DNA of 64,000 nt from Planktothrix sp. (GTDB lineage: Bacteria; Cyanobacteriota; Cyanobacteriia; Cyanobacteriales; Microcoleaceae). Made by a program: the position numbers and the translations under genes. Location of the stretch: the NCBI GenBank assembly GCA_044238405.1, contig JBIIDK010000001.1, positions 6,114 through 70,113 of the forward strand. Reading direction: 5' to 3'. This document shows, in pieces, positions 40,899 through 51,859 of the stretch. Position 1 is the stretch's first letter. Each line of letters begins with the position of its first letter. The notes under the pieces are model-generated. The model ran no database searches and was not told the DNA's origin. It saw only the letters and a program-made list of their open reading frames with translations.

Positions 40899-41623
40899 AA
40901 TTGAAAATTGTCGCCAAGGTAATATTGCCGCACTAGGGGATTATTGTAGAGTTCTTCGGCGGTTCCTGATGCAAAAATTTGTCCATCCCGCATCATATAG
41001 GCTCGGTTTGTAATGGCTAAAGTTTCTCGCACGTTATGATCGGTAATCAAAATTCCCATATTGCGATCGCGTAATTGAGCGACAATTTCTTGAATTTCAG
41101 AAACAGCAATGGGGTCAACTCCAGCAAAAGGTTCATCTAAGAGTAAAAATTGAGGTAATTCTAATCCTGCTGCTAAAGCACGAGCAAGTTCAGTGCGGCG
41201 TCGTTCTCCTCCAGATACCTGATAACCTAAAGTTGAGGCGACTTTCTCTAACCGAAACTCCCGTAATAAAGTATGGAGACGTTTTTGCCATAAATGACGA
41301 GGAACACCGGTTTGCTGTAAAACCAATAAAATATTATCCCTGACACTGAGATGGCGAAAAATACTCGCTTGTTGAGTTAAATAACCAATGCCTAAACGAG
41401 CTCGCTGATGAATAGGTAAATCGGTAATCTCCAATTCATTAAGATAAACATTGCCTTGGGTGGGTTTTTCTAATCCCGTGGCAATATAGAAAGTCGTGGT
41501 TTTCCCAGCACCATTTGGCCCTAATAATCCCACAATTTCTCCTTGAGAAACCGAAAGATTGACTCGACTAACAACGGTGCGTTTCCGGTAGGATTTGTGA
41601 ATATTCTCCAGCACAATTTTCAT
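40895..41623 (-). CDS. lptB: LPS export ABC transporter ATP-binding protein
   Basis: GPNGAGKTT, SGGERRRTELAR, LLDEPFAGVDP, ITDHNVRETL. Confidence 0.96.
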   Translation of the reverse strand: MKIVLENIHKSYRKRTVVSRVNLSVSQGEIVGLLGPNGAGKTTTFYIATGLEKPTQGNVYLNELEITDLPIHQRARLGIGYLTQQASIFRHLSVRDNILLVLQQTGVPRHLWQKRLHTLLREFRLEKVASTLGYQVSGGERRRTELARALAAGLELPQFLLLDEPFAGVDPIAVSEIQEIVAQLRDRNMGILITDHNVRETLAITNRAYMMRDGQIFASGTAEELYNNPLVRQYYLGDNFQL

Positions 41624-41645
41624 AACAGAATTTGTTAGAAATAAT

Positions 41646-42191
41646 TTAAGGGTTACGAGGTGCTGAAGGGGAACTTAAAGGCGTTTTAAACGCAGGTTTC
41701 GGGTTAAAAGGTTCGACCGTTGCATTTTTAGGACTAGCACTTTCATCCGGGACTAAATACATTGATTCTACCTGTCCGCCTCCTTGAGGTAAAGCAATAA
41801 ATCGTCCTTCATCAATCAAATAGGTGACGGTTTCCCCTCGAATGGTGTTGCCTTCCTGTAAAACAAACACATTTCCACTCAGGACAATTCGACGTTCTCG
41901 ACTAAAATATTGAGCTTGAGCCGCAGTGGCTTGAATACTCCGAGCCGGATAGTTAATCTGGACATTTCCCCGTGCGGTAACAATTCCCGTCTGAGCATCC
42001 GCTTCTTGAATATCAGACCGAACGGTCATGGCTCGTCCCACTGGATTTTTAGCGGGAGGTGGATTTTGAGCATAGCTAGGAGTAGAACTCATAACGCTAT
42101 CGGTGACAAAACTACTGACCAGAGCAATAGGTAACAACAGGGTCAACCCGACCCGCAGAGAGATTGAATTTAAGCGCTTGGTAATTCGCAT
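41646..42191 (-). CDS. LptA/OstA family protein
   Basis: VTARGNVQI..ATAAQAQY..IVLSGNVFV.QEGN.IRGE; directly upstream of lptB. Confidence 0.88.
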   Translation of the reverse strand: MRITKRLNSISLRVGLTLLLPIALVSSFVTDSVMSSTPSYAQNPPPAKNPVGRAMTVRSDIQEADAQTGIVTARGNVQINYPARSIQATAAQAQYFSRERRIVLSGNVFVLQEGNTIRGETVTYLIDEGRFIALPQGGGQVESMYLVPDESASPKNATVEPFNPKPAFKTPLSSPSAPRNP

Positions 42192-42672
42192 TATGACCTT
42201 AAAAATTCTAAAACATTGACTGGGTGATGAAATTAAGCCAGGAGTGGTTTTAATGCCAAGAATAAAAGTTTTATATTAAGTCTGTGTGCCTATTGTACTC
42301 GATCATTGACGGGTGACTGTTGATAGTTGGCCTGATCTTCACCCGCCACCCAGTCATCTGACCCCCCAATCTCTCCTATTGCAGGTTGGGTGGGTATGAT
42401 CTATTTTAAAAATTATGTTGATCTAACAATCTTTTTAACAAACTTTCCGATGCCCAAAAAGATATCTTTTGAAAATTGTCAATAGCTGTAGATCAGTTGA
42501 TCAGTTTCATCGTTGCAGCTTGAGCTAAAATACTAAGTATTCCTGTAATAGATCAATTTATATCTATGGCTATGCGTCTGGCTTTTCGATCCTCTAAAAT
42601 TACTAAATTAGCCTTAATTTTTTGTAATAAAAGATCCCAAATTCTTGTTTAATTATAACAAAAAAAGATTAA

Positions 42673-42770
42673 TATAGCGCTACGCATTACAGTTAGGACA
42701 TTTCTGAATTCTCAAACCCTTTCACTTCTTACTGTTCCCTGTTCCCTGTTCCCTTGCGCGTAGCGCTATA
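42673..42770. mobile_element. MITE-like element copy A (98 bp)
   Basis: 13-bp perfect TIR tatagcgctacgc/gcgtagcgctata; internal (CTGTTCC)n. Confidence 0.75.
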
Positions 42771-43020
42771 AAATTGAAGGTCTTAATAAAAATTAGAATT
42801 GTCGGGACTGTTAATAGGAGTTTCTCGCCATCAATTTAGCAATTCAAACTAATGAAATCAGAACGCTTATAAATGGAGCAAAAAATGATTTTTTAAGGGT
42901 AATAAGTATTAATGACTGTGGACAGTTTGCCAAACAGATCTGGTGTAGGTTTCCACACCTCCTACAAATCACCTATGATTTGATCAGAGTAGATTAGCCG
43001 GAACGTTTAGGAAGTAGACA

Positions 43021-45822
43021 ATGGTATCTCCCGAATCCTCATCAATGTCTTCTGATTCGCCCTTAAAACCCGTAACCGATTGGCATAACTGTGCTGCTGA
43101 GAAAGCCATTAAGGTACTCGATACAGACAGCGAAACCGGGTTAACAACACAACAGGTGACTCAACGACAACAACAGTATGGTCTCAATGAATTAGAAGAA
43201 GGCGCGGGTCGCAGTCCCTTGGAGATCTTATGGGATCAGTTCACAAATATTATGCTTGTGATGCTGATTGCTGTCGCCATTGTATCTGCCTTTATCGATT
43301 TACGAAAGGGAAGTTTTCCCAAGGATGCCGTTGCCATTTTTGCGATTGTGATTTTGAATGGGATGTTAGGCTATTTTCAAGAAAGCCGTGCAGAACAAGC
43401 TTTAGCAGCCCTCAAACGGATGTCTTCACCTAAAGTTCGGGTGATGCGGGACGGTAAGCTGTTGGAAGTTTCAGCAAAAGAATTGGTTCCAGGGGATATT
43501 ATGTTTCTCGAAGCTGGGGTGCAAATTCCGGCGGATGGTCGCTTAATTGAAGCTCAGAATTTGCAAGTCCGAGAAGCCGCCTTAACGGGTGAAGCAGAAG
43601 GGGTGATTAAAAAACCTAATGTAGAATTACCCGAAGATGCCCCGTTAGGCGATCGCATTAATATGGTATTCATGGGGACGGAAGTTGTCCAGGGACGGGG
43701 ACAAGTTGTCGTTACTAATACGGGAATGACAACGGAACTGGGACGCATTGCAGAAATGATTCAAGGTGTCGAAAGTGAACCAACGCCTCTCCAGCAACGA
43801 ATGTCTCAGTTAGGGAATGTCTTAGTTAGTGGGTCTTTAGCCTTAGTCGCCTTAGTGGTCATTGGCGGTGTAATTAGAACCGGAAGTTTTAGCCGTTTAG
43901 AAGATTTATTAGAAGTGTCTCTGAGTATGGCGGTGGCTGTAGTCCCTGAAGGTTTACCTGCTGTGGTAACGGTGACTTTAGCCATTGGAACCCAACGAAT
44001 GGTACGGCGTCATGCGTTAATTCGTAAATTACCTGCGGTAGAAACCTTGGGTTCTGTTACAACCATTTGTTCAGATAAAACTGGAACCCTCACCCAAAAT
44101 AAAATGGTGGTGCAATCGGTTTATACCTTAAATGAAGTGTTTCAAGTCACCGGAGAAGGGTATGATCCCGTTGGGGAATTACAACTGATAACTTCTGAAA
44201 ACAATAGCAACATCTCTCCATCTTCTGAAGTTTTAAAACCCATTTTAACGGCCTGTGTTTTATGTAATGATGCTCAATTACAACAAGATAAAAATCAATG
44301 GATTATTTTAGGAGATCCCACAGAAGGAGCGTTATTATCGTTAGCAGGAAAAGCCAGTTTATTTCGAGAAACTCATAATCAACAAAACCCCCGTGTTGCT
44401 GAAATTCCTTTCTCTTCAGAACGCAAGCGCATGAGTGTGATTTGTCAATCTGATGATGAATTTTCGATGTTTACAAAAGGATCACCGGAGTTGATTTTAG
44501 CTCAATGTGATTCGGTTTTGGTCGGGAATAAAACGGTTTCTTTAACTGAAGTTGACCGTCAACGCATTCTTGATCAAAATAATGAAATGGCCGGAAAAGG
44601 ATTACGAGTTTTAGGATTTGCTACGCGATCTTTAACGACATTACCCGAAGAAGGCACTGAAGAAACTGCCGAACAGGAATTAGTTTGGTTAGGATTAGTG
44701 GGAATGTTAGATGCGCCCCGTCCTGAAGTTCGAGAAGCAGTTAAACGCTGTCGAGAAGCGGGAATTCGTCCGGTAATGATTACCGGAGATCATCAATTAA
44801 CAGCGAAAGTCATTGCTCAAGATTTAGGGATTGCTTCTCCTAATGATTTAAGTTTAACAGGTCAAGAATTACAGAAACTTTCTCAAGCCGAATTAGAACA
44901 AGAAGTTGAACAAGTCAGTGTTTACGCGAGGGTTTCTCCTGAACATAAACTTCGCATTGTTCAAGCCTTACAAAAGAATGGTGAATTTGTCGCCATGACC
45001 GGGGATGGAGTTAATGATGCTCCCGCCTTAAAACAAGCCGATATTGGCATTGCGATGGGCATTACCGGAACCGATGTTAGTAAAGAAGCTAGTGATATGA
45101 TTTTACTAGATGATAACTTTGCCACCATTGTTGCCGCCACAGAAGAAGGACGAGTTGTTTATAGTAATATTCGCCGTTTTGTTAAATATATTCTCGGTAG
45201 TAATATTGGGGAAGTTTTAGTAATTGCATCTTCTCCAATTTTAGGGTTAGGGGGTGTTCCTTTATCGCCATTACAAATTTTATGGATGAACCTTGTAACC
45301 GATGGTTTACCAGCTTTAGCTTTAGCGATGGAACCTGCCGAACCTGCGGTGATGCAACGTCCTCCTAATAATCCCCGTGAAAGTATTTTTGCGCGAGGAT
45401 TAGGATTATATATGGTGAGAATTGGGATTATTTTTGCCATTTTAACGATTGTTTTAATGGTTTGGGCTTACGATCATACTAAAATCGCGGGTAATCCTGA
45501 ACGTTGGAAAACAATGGTGTTTACCACCTTATGTTTAGCCCAAATGGGTCATGCTTTGGCGGTGCGTTCCGATAGCCAATTAACAATACAAATGAACCCG
45601 AAAACGAATCTTTATCTTTGGGCTGCTGTAGGATTAACCACTGTTCTTCAATTACTATTAATTTATGTTCCGCCCTTACAAAGTTTCTTTGGAACTCACG
45701 CTTTAACATCTACAGAATTGTTAATCTGTTTAGGCTTTAGTGCCTTAATGTTTGTCTGGATTGAAATGGAAAAACTGGTTCAAAGATGGTTTTTCCAACG
45801 TCGTCAAAACCCTAGTTTGTAA
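43021..45822 (+). CDS. P-type cation-transporting ATPase (type IIA, Ca2+-like)
   Basis: [41 protein letters not shown]. Confidence 0.95.
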   Translation: MVSPESSSMSSDSPLKPVTDWHNCAAEKAIKVLDTDSETGLTTQQVTQRQQQYGLNELEEGAGRSPLEILWDQFTNIMLVMLIAVAIVSAFIDLRKGSFPKDAVAIFAIVILNGMLGYFQESRAEQALAALKRMSSPKVRVMRDGKLLEVSAKELVPGDIMFLEAGVQIPADGRLIEAQNLQVREAALTGEAEGVIKKPNVELPEDAPLGDRINMVFMGTEVVQGRGQVVVTNTGMTTELGRIAEMIQGVESEPTPLQQRMSQLGNVLVSGSLALVALVVIGGVIRTGSFSRLEDLLEVSLSMAVAVVPEGLPAVVTVTLAIGTQRMVRRHALIRKLPAVETLGSVTTICSDKTGTLTQNKMVVQSVYTLNEVFQVTGEGYDPVGELQLITSENNSNISPSSEVLKPILTACVLCNDAQLQQDKNQWIILGDPTEGALLSLAGKASLFRETHNQQNPRVAEIPFSSERKRMSVICQSDDEFSMFTKGSPELILAQCDSVLVGNKTVSLTEVDRQRILDQNNEMAGKGLRVLGFATRSLTTLPEEGTEETAEQELVWLGLVGMLDAPRPEVREAVKRCREAGIRPVMITGDHQLTAKVIAQDLGIASPNDLSLTGQELQKLSQAELEQEVEQVSVYARVSPEHKLRIVQALQKNGEFVAMTGDGVNDAPALKQADIGIAMGITGTDVSKEASDMILLDDNFATIVAATEEGRVVYSNIRRFVKYILGSNIGEVLVIASSPILGLGGVPLSPLQILWMNLVTDGLPALALAMEPAEPAVMQRPPNNPRESIFARGLGLYMVRIGIIFAILTIVLMVWAYDHTKIAGNPERWKTMVFTTLCLAQMGHALAVRSDSQLTIQMNPKTNLYLWAAVGLTTVLQLLLIYVPPLQSFFGTHALTSTELLICLGFSALMFVWIEMEKLVQRWFFQRRQNPSL

Positions 45823-46124
45823 AGGATAACTCTTGATTCAAAGCCCAAGATAACGATTATCAACTTGGTTTTTGGGTTTGGTGACATTGACGTTTGACAG
45901 GGTTAGTGGTAGCGTTGCACTCAACAACCTACGGCTAACCCGATACCGTTCAGTGGGACATTCTGGAGCGATTGGGTTTCCTATTTTAACCCCAATTCCT
46001 CAAGGTTTTTTAAGTTTTACTCAACAGTATTGCCAAGTGACCCCATTCGCCATAGAATCAGGACGAGAACCCAGGGTACATAAAATGAGGAAACAATTAA
46101 TTAGGAATATACAAAAACACACTT

Positions 46125-47627
46125 ATGAGTTACCTAAATTTAATTTCTTTTTTGGGAATTTTTGCCTTATGCTTTATCGCTTGGTTATTCTCAGAAAATA
46201 AACGAGTCATCCCTTGGCGAACAATGGGTTTAGGGATTGGCTTACAATTGGTTTTAGCCTTTTTAGTATTTCTGTTTCCTCCCACCAGAACGGCTTTAGA
46301 ATGGTTTAGTAGTCTTCTCGATAGTTTATTTTATGCTGCCGATACAGGAGCTAGATTTATCTTTGGAAAAAATATTGTTCCCATTCCTGGGCAAACCCCT
46401 GATGTTAATTTAGGTTATATTTTTGCATTTAGAGCCTTACCTACGGTAATTTTCTTCTCCGGCTTAATGGCATTGTTATATAACTTAGGTGTGATTCAAT
46501 TTGTTACCAATATTTTTGCTAAGTTATTCTATAAAACGATGCGCTTAAGTGGGGCAGAAGCCTTAAGCGGTGCAGCTAATATCTTTGTCGGAATTGAAGC
46601 CGCCATTGTGGTTAAACCCTACTTAGAAAAGATGACCCGTTCTGAACTGTGTGCCATTCTAAGTTGTTGTTTTGGAACGGCTGCTTCTTCAACCTTAGCA
46701 ATTTATGTTAGTTTTTTAAGACCTGTTTTTCCGAATATTTTAGGGCATTTAGTTTCTGCCTCTATTATGGCAATTCCTGCCTGTTTTGTCATTTCTAAAA
46801 TTTTAGTTCCTGAAACCGATAAACCCTTAACTTTAGGGATGCTTCCTGAAGAGAAAAAAGAAGAGAATTTCGTCACCCACGAAGGCGAAGAACCCCAACT
46901 CGAAAGCGTTGGCGGTGAACTCATGGAGCGAGTTAGCCCCCTAGATTCAGCCATTATTGGGGCATTAGATGGGGTAAAAATGTCCGTTGCCATTGCTGCG
47001 GTTTTGATCTTAATTTTAGGATTAGTTTCTTTAATTAATCAATTTTCAAGCTGGTTAGGTTTATTACCGAGTCCAGTGGGAGACGTTTTTAAAGTTCTAA
47101 CCTTAGCAAATATTTTAGGATTTATTTTTTATCCCTTAACGATTTTAACAGGAGTTCCCTTTGAAGATTCTTGGGCAGCTTCAGTGATTATTGGTCGTCG
47201 GTTATTAGAAACAGCAATTCCTCCCTATCAAGCCTTAGCAGAAGCCGCAAAAGAAGGATTAATTACTCCTAGAACCGTTTTAATTGTCAGTTATGCCTTA
47301 TCCGGTTTTGCCCATGTAGCTTCGGTGGGAATTTTTGTAGGGGGAATGGTGGGTTTAGTTCCGTCTCGGCGAAAAGATATTTCCGAATTAGGCTGGAAAG
47401 CATTATTTGCTGGAACCTTAGCCACCATGATGATTGCCTGTTTAGCCGGATTCTATGATAATGGGAATCCAAGTATTATGGGTGAACCCGCAACAACCCC
47501 GGCCGTTAGCACCCCTGCGGCTCCTAACACAACGGTTTCACCAACCCCAACCCCTGCACCGACGGTGAGTCCAACCCCTAAATCTCCTTCCCCTAAAGCG
47601 ACAACAGCACCCTCTGAAAAGCAGTAG
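46125..47627 (+). CDS. Concentrative nucleoside transporter (CNT/NupC family)
   Basis: AWLFSENKRVIPWR, FAFRALPTVIFFS, AANIFVG, YALSGFAHVAS; Pro/Thr-rich tail. Confidence 0.9.
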   Translation: MSYLNLISFLGIFALCFIAWLFSENKRVIPWRTMGLGIGLQLVLAFLVFLFPPTRTALEWFSSLLDSLFYAADTGARFIFGKNIVPIPGQTPDVNLGYIFAFRALPTVIFFSGLMALLYNLGVIQFVTNIFAKLFYKTMRLSGAEALSGAANIFVGIEAAIVVKPYLEKMTRSELCAILSCCFGTAASSTLAIYVSFLRPVFPNILGHLVSASIMAIPACFVISKILVPETDKPLTLGMLPEEKKEENFVTHEGEEPQLESVGGELMERVSPLDSAIIGALDGVKMSVAIAAVLILILGLVSLINQFSSWLGLLPSPVGDVFKVLTLANILGFIFYPLTILTGVPFEDSWAASVIIGRRLLETAIPPYQALAEAAKEGLITPRTVLIVSYALSGFAHVASVGIFVGGMVGLVPSRRKDISELGWKALFAGTLATMMIACLAGFYDNGNPSIMGEPATTPAVSTPAAPNTTVSPTPTPAPTVSPTPKSPSPKATTAPSEKQ

Positions 47628-47727
47628 GGGAATTAACTTCTGAATCTGGCGATGGGCGGAATGACCCCGCCCCTAAAGACCCCAGGTTCCTATTTTCTGA
47701 GTTTCCATACACCCGATTAGATTTTTC

Positions 47728-49533
47728 ATGACCAATATTATTCTGACTCTTAGTATTGTTATTTTGGCTTTAATTGCCTTTATTTTTGAGTGGCTTCCTG
47801 TTGATTTAACCGCTCTCACCATTACCGTTGTTTTAATGATTTTAAAGTTAGTCACACCCGATGAAGGCATATCTGGGTTTGGTAACTCTGCCACAATTAC
47901 AGTAATGGCAATGTTTATTTTAAGTGCCGGAATTACAAAAACCGGAGTTGTACAAACCGTTCGAGATTGGTTAGTGAAATGGGGCGGAAAAACGGCGGGT
48001 CAACAAATTTTAGTCATGGGATTAATTGTTGGCCCGATTACGGCTTTTATTAATAACACCGCAGTTGTTGCCATTTTCTTACCGATTATTGAAGATTGGT
48101 GTCGGAAACAAAAAATTTCTCCCTCTAAATTATTAATTCCCCTTTCCTATGTGACAGTTTTGGGGGGAATGATTACCGTCATTGGAACTTCAACCAACGT
48201 TTTAGCTAGTGGTATTTCTAAACAACTGGGATATGGAGAATTTCAGTTATTTCAATTTACGGTATTAGGCATTATTACTTTTATTATCGGTTTAATTTAT
48301 TTAGCTATTATTGCACCTCGACTTTTACCTGACCGTAAACCCCCCAATTTTGAAGTTCTTGAACAGGAATATGGGTTAAAAGATTATGTTAGTGAACTCG
48401 TGATTACTCCCCGTTCTAGTTTGGTGGGACAAACCGTTAACGAAAGTGAAATTCAACGCAAATTTGATTTAGATGTACTTGAATTAATTCAAAATAAGAT
48501 GCGCTTTCCCCAACCGTTAGGGGATAAAGTATTAAGTGCAGGAGATATCTTAATTGTTCGTAGTAGTCGAGAAGATTTATTAAAAATTCGAGATGAAAGA
48601 GGGTTAGATATTTTTCCTGATGTGAAATTTAAAGAAGAATCGTTAGAAACAGTTTTAAGTTCAGGAGAAGAAAAAATAGCTGAGGTTTTAATTTTATCGA
48701 ATTCTCGATTAATTGGAACAACTTTAAAAGATTTAAGATTCCGTCAACGCTATAATGCAACGGTTTTAGCGATTCGTCGCGGTTCAGAATTAGTTCAAGG
48801 ACGATTAGGGAAAGTTCCCTTACGATTTGGGGATTTATTATTACTTCAAGGCCCAAAACAAAGCTTTATTGGGTTACAAACCACACGGGAACTGTTAGTT
48901 TTAGAAGAACGAGATGTAGAAAATCTCAGACAAGATAAAGCTTGGGTCGCACTGGCAATTATTTTAGGCGTTATTGTTCTCGCTGCATTTGATATTATGC
49001 CGATTTTAGTCAGTGCTTTAGCGGGTGTGATTTTAATGGTGATTACAGGATGTATTAAACCCGGAGAAATTTATGGCGCGGTTCGTTGGGATGTGATCTT
49101 TTTATTAGCGGGATTAATTCCATTAGGAATTGCAATGGATAAATCCGGTTCAACTCAATGGTTAGCTGATACATTGGTTGGTTTTGGCGGTCATTTATCC
49201 GGGTATTGGATTTTATTATTCTTCTATATTGCCACATCGATTCTGACAGAAATTCTCTCGAATAATGCAACAGTTGTCTTAATGATTCCGGTTGCGGTAA
49301 AAGTTGCTATAACATTAGGTTTGAATCCATTTGCCTTTATGTATGCTGTTACCTTTGCCGCTTCTAATAGTTATATGACCCCCATTGGTTATCAAACGAA
49401 TACAATGGTTTACAGTCCAGGGGGATATAAATTCTTTGACTTTACCCGTGTTGGTGCTCCTTTGAATTTAATCCTAACTCTTGTTACTCCATTATTAATT
49501 GTTTGGTTATATGGATTATCCCCCATTCAATAA
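47728..49533 (+). CDS. SLC13/DASS family permease with two TrkA-C (RCK_C) domains
   Basis: TAFINNTAVVA, IGTSTNV, TEILSNNAT, SYMTPIGYQTN. Confidence 0.9.
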   Translation: MTNIILTLSIVILALIAFIFEWLPVDLTALTITVVLMILKLVTPDEGISGFGNSATITVMAMFILSAGITKTGVVQTVRDWLVKWGGKTAGQQILVMGLIVGPITAFINNTAVVAIFLPIIEDWCRKQKISPSKLLIPLSYVTVLGGMITVIGTSTNVLASGISKQLGYGEFQLFQFTVLGIITFIIGLIYLAIIAPRLLPDRKPPNFEVLEQEYGLKDYVSELVITPRSSLVGQTVNESEIQRKFDLDVLELIQNKMRFPQPLGDKVLSAGDILIVRSSREDLLKIRDERGLDIFPDVKFKEESLETVLSSGEEKIAEVLILSNSRLIGTTLKDLRFRQRYNATVLAIRRGSELVQGRLGKVPLRFGDLLLLQGPKQSFIGLQTTRELLVLEERDVENLRQDKAWVALAIILGVIVLAAFDIMPILVSALAGVILMVITGCIKPGEIYGAVRWDVIFLLAGLIPLGIAMDKSGSTQWLADTLVGFGGHLSGYWILLFFYIATSILTEILSNNATVVLMIPVAVKVAITLGLNPFAFMYAVTFAASNSYMTPIGYQTNTMVYSPGGYKFFDFTRVGAPLNLILTLVTPLLIVWLYGLSPIQ

Positions 49534-49570
49534 TCACCCTCTTTTGTTCACTTAGGAAAGTTTGAACCTC

Positions 49571-49676
49571 TAGCGCTACGCATTACAGTTAGGACATTTC
49601 TGAATCCAGCAAACCCTTTCAGTTCTTACCGTTAAGCTGTTCCCAGTCAATCGCAGTTCCCTTGAGCGTAGCGCTA
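49571..49676. mobile_element. MITE-like element copy B (106 bp)
   Basis: 11-bp TIR tagcgctacgc/gcgtagcgcta; shares tagcgctacgcattacagttaggacatttctgaat with copy A. Confidence 0.75.
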
Positions 49677-49765
49677 TCGTCAAAAAATCAAACCTTTCCC
49701 TTGAAGTGATAAAAGAGGGTTGAGTTTATCTCTTAATTGTTACCCTCCAGAAAGAATAAACTCAA

Positions 49766-51694
49766 TTATTCCACTGTTACAGACTTGGCTAAATTTCGAG
49801 GTTGATCGACATCTAATCCTCGCCGTGCTGCAATATGATAAGCTAACAATTGCAGGGGAATAACAGTTAAAATCGGAGATAAAATTTCATCAACCACAGG
49901 AACTCCTAAAACATCATTAAAGATTTCCTTCGCTTCCGGTTCTTCCTTCGGCATTACCCCAATTAAACGAGCATCTCGTGCCTTTGCTTCTTGAGCATTA
50001 GAAATGACTTTTTCATAGACAGTTCCCGGCATTGCGATCGCCACAACAGGCACTTTTTCATCTAATAAAGCAATGGGGCCATGTTTCATTTCTCCTGCGG
50101 GATATCCTTCAGCATGAATATAACTAATTTCCTTTAATTTTAACGCTCCTTCTAACGCAATGGGAAAATTAATTCCTCGTCCTAAAAAGATAAAATCATG
50201 AGTTTCATTAAAATCATGGGCTAACTCCTCAATAGATTTTTCTTGATCCTGTAATAACTGTTCCATTTGAGTCGGAAGTTGTCGCAAATCTTTGATAATT
50301 TCTAACAAGCGAGATTTCGGTAAGGTTTGACGATGCCAAGCCATATCTAAGGCTAATAAATAAAAGGCAATTAATTGAGCAACAAAGGTTTTTGTTGCTG
50401 CTACCCCAATTTCAATTCCGGCTCTAGTATCAATAATATGGGGGACTAATTGGGCTAAAGAACTTTCAGGACGGTTCGTAATTCCTAATAGTTTCGCTGC
50501 ATATTCAGGCTTTGCATTCATCCGTCGTTGCTGTTCCATTGCTAAAGAAGCTAGGGTATCAGCCGTTTCTCCTGACTGGGTAACACCAATGGTTAAGGTA
50601 TGAGGTCTGAGGGGAGTGGGTGCATAACGCGCTTCTGAAGCATATTGTACAATCGTCGGAATTCCTGCTAATTGTTCTAGTAAATATTTGCCGACTAAAC
50701 TCGCGTGCCAACTGGTTCCACAAGCTAATATTTCAATTTGTTCTAAATCTTGATACCAACTAGAAGGAATACTTAAATGAATCGGTGAAGGTTGTTTTTT
50801 ATCGGAAGATTTTTGAGCCGATTTTTTAGATATTTTTTCTGCTTCTAGTTCACAGTCATCATTCAAATAAGCTTGTAAACAATCCCGAACAACTCCGGGT
50901 TGTTCATGGATTTCTTTGAGCATGAAATGTTTAAAAACGTGCTTTTCAACTAAAGACGGACTCCAATTGAGAATGCGAGGAACTTTATGTAAACGTTCTC
51001 CAGTAAACGTATAAACTTCCACACCCAAATGAGTTAAACGGGCAATTTCACCATTTTCTAAACTCAAAACTGCTTGGGTATAAGGAACTAAAGCCGGAGT
51101 ATCAGAAGCACAGAAAAATTCCCCTTGACCTAACCCAATAGACAAGGGAGCTTGTTGACGGGCAACAATTAATTCATTAGGAAAATCTGCACATAAAACC
51201 GCAATCGCAAAGGCTCCTTCCAAACGATTAACAGCTTTAATAACAGCATCTAAAAAGGTAATTTTTTCTGAACTTTTAGCTATTAAAATATCAGCAATTA
51301 AATGAGGGATTACTTCGGTATCCGTATCCGATTTAAACTCATAACCTTTAGCTTTTAATTCTTCTCGTAATTCTCGATAATTTTCAACAATTCCATTCTG
51401 AACAACCGCCACTCGTCCTTGATTATCCAGATGAGGATGGGCGTTTCGTTCTTCCGGTTTACCATGAGTCGCCCAGCGTGTATGACCAATGCCAATACTA
51501 GAAGGCATTTCAACCTGAGCTAATTTTTCCCGTAGATTATAAAGTTTTCCTTTCGCCCGAACCGAATGAATATTTCCTTCCCAAATCGTCGCTAAACCCG
51601 CAGAATCATAACCCCGATACTCCAGTTTTTCTAATCCTGCGATTAAAATGTCACTGGCGACTTGAGTTCCAATATAACCGACAATTCCACACAT
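49766..51694 (-). CDS. glmS: Glutamine-fructose-6-phosphate transaminase
   Basis: MCGIVG, GHTRWATHG, EGYPAGEMKHGP, DVDQPRNLAKSVTVE. Confidence 0.98.
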   Translation of the reverse strand: MCGIVGYIGTQVASDILIAGLEKLEYRGYDSAGLATIWEGNIHSVRAKGKLYNLREKLAQVEMPSSIGIGHTRWATHGKPEERNAHPHLDNQGRVAVVQNGIVENYRELREELKAKGYEFKSDTDTEVIPHLIADILIAKSSEKITFLDAVIKAVNRLEGAFAIAVLCADFPNELIVARQQAPLSIGLGQGEFFCASDTPALVPYTQAVLSLENGEIARLTHLGVEVYTFTGERLHKVPRILNWSPSLVEKHVFKHFMLKEIHEQPGVVRDCLQAYLNDDCELEAEKISKKSAQKSSDKKQPSPIHLSIPSSWYQDLEQIEILACGTSWHASLVGKYLLEQLAGIPTIVQYASEARYAPTPLRPHTLTIGVTQSGETADTLASLAMEQQRRMNAKPEYAAKLLGITNRPESSLAQLVPHIIDTRAGIEIGVAATKTFVAQLIAFYLLALDMAWHRQTLPKSRLLEIIKDLRQLPTQMEQLLQDQEKSIEELAHDFNETHDFIFLGRGINFPIALEGALKLKEISYIHAEGYPAGEMKHGPIALLDEKVPVVAIAMPGTVYEKVISNAQEAKARDARLIGVMPKEEPEAKEIFNDVLGVPVVDEILSPILTVIPLQLLAYHIAARRGLDVDQPRNLAKSVTVE

Positions 51695-51859
51695 AACTTC
51701 ACAACTCCTACTTTAATTGCCTTGATCTTACAAATTGGAACTATTCTATTCCGGTGGCCGATCAAGAAGCTATAGAACGTAACCCACAATTTCACCCTAT
51801 TGAGTTTCAGTGCGTCAGTCCTGGTACTATATTGACGACGCAGACATTAGGGAAATCCA

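Noticed and set aside
45872-46124. Purine or other riboswitch, or a 109-aa ORF, upstream of the nucleoside transporter
   Set aside because: The only clear stem (GGGTTAG..CTAACCC) looks like a degenerate REP; no riboswitch core motifs, and the ORF has no coding hallmarks
51695-51859. glmS ribozyme in the glmS leader
   Set aside because: A TGCGTC..GACGCA hairpin exists, but the AGCGC..GACGAGG catalytic core is absent
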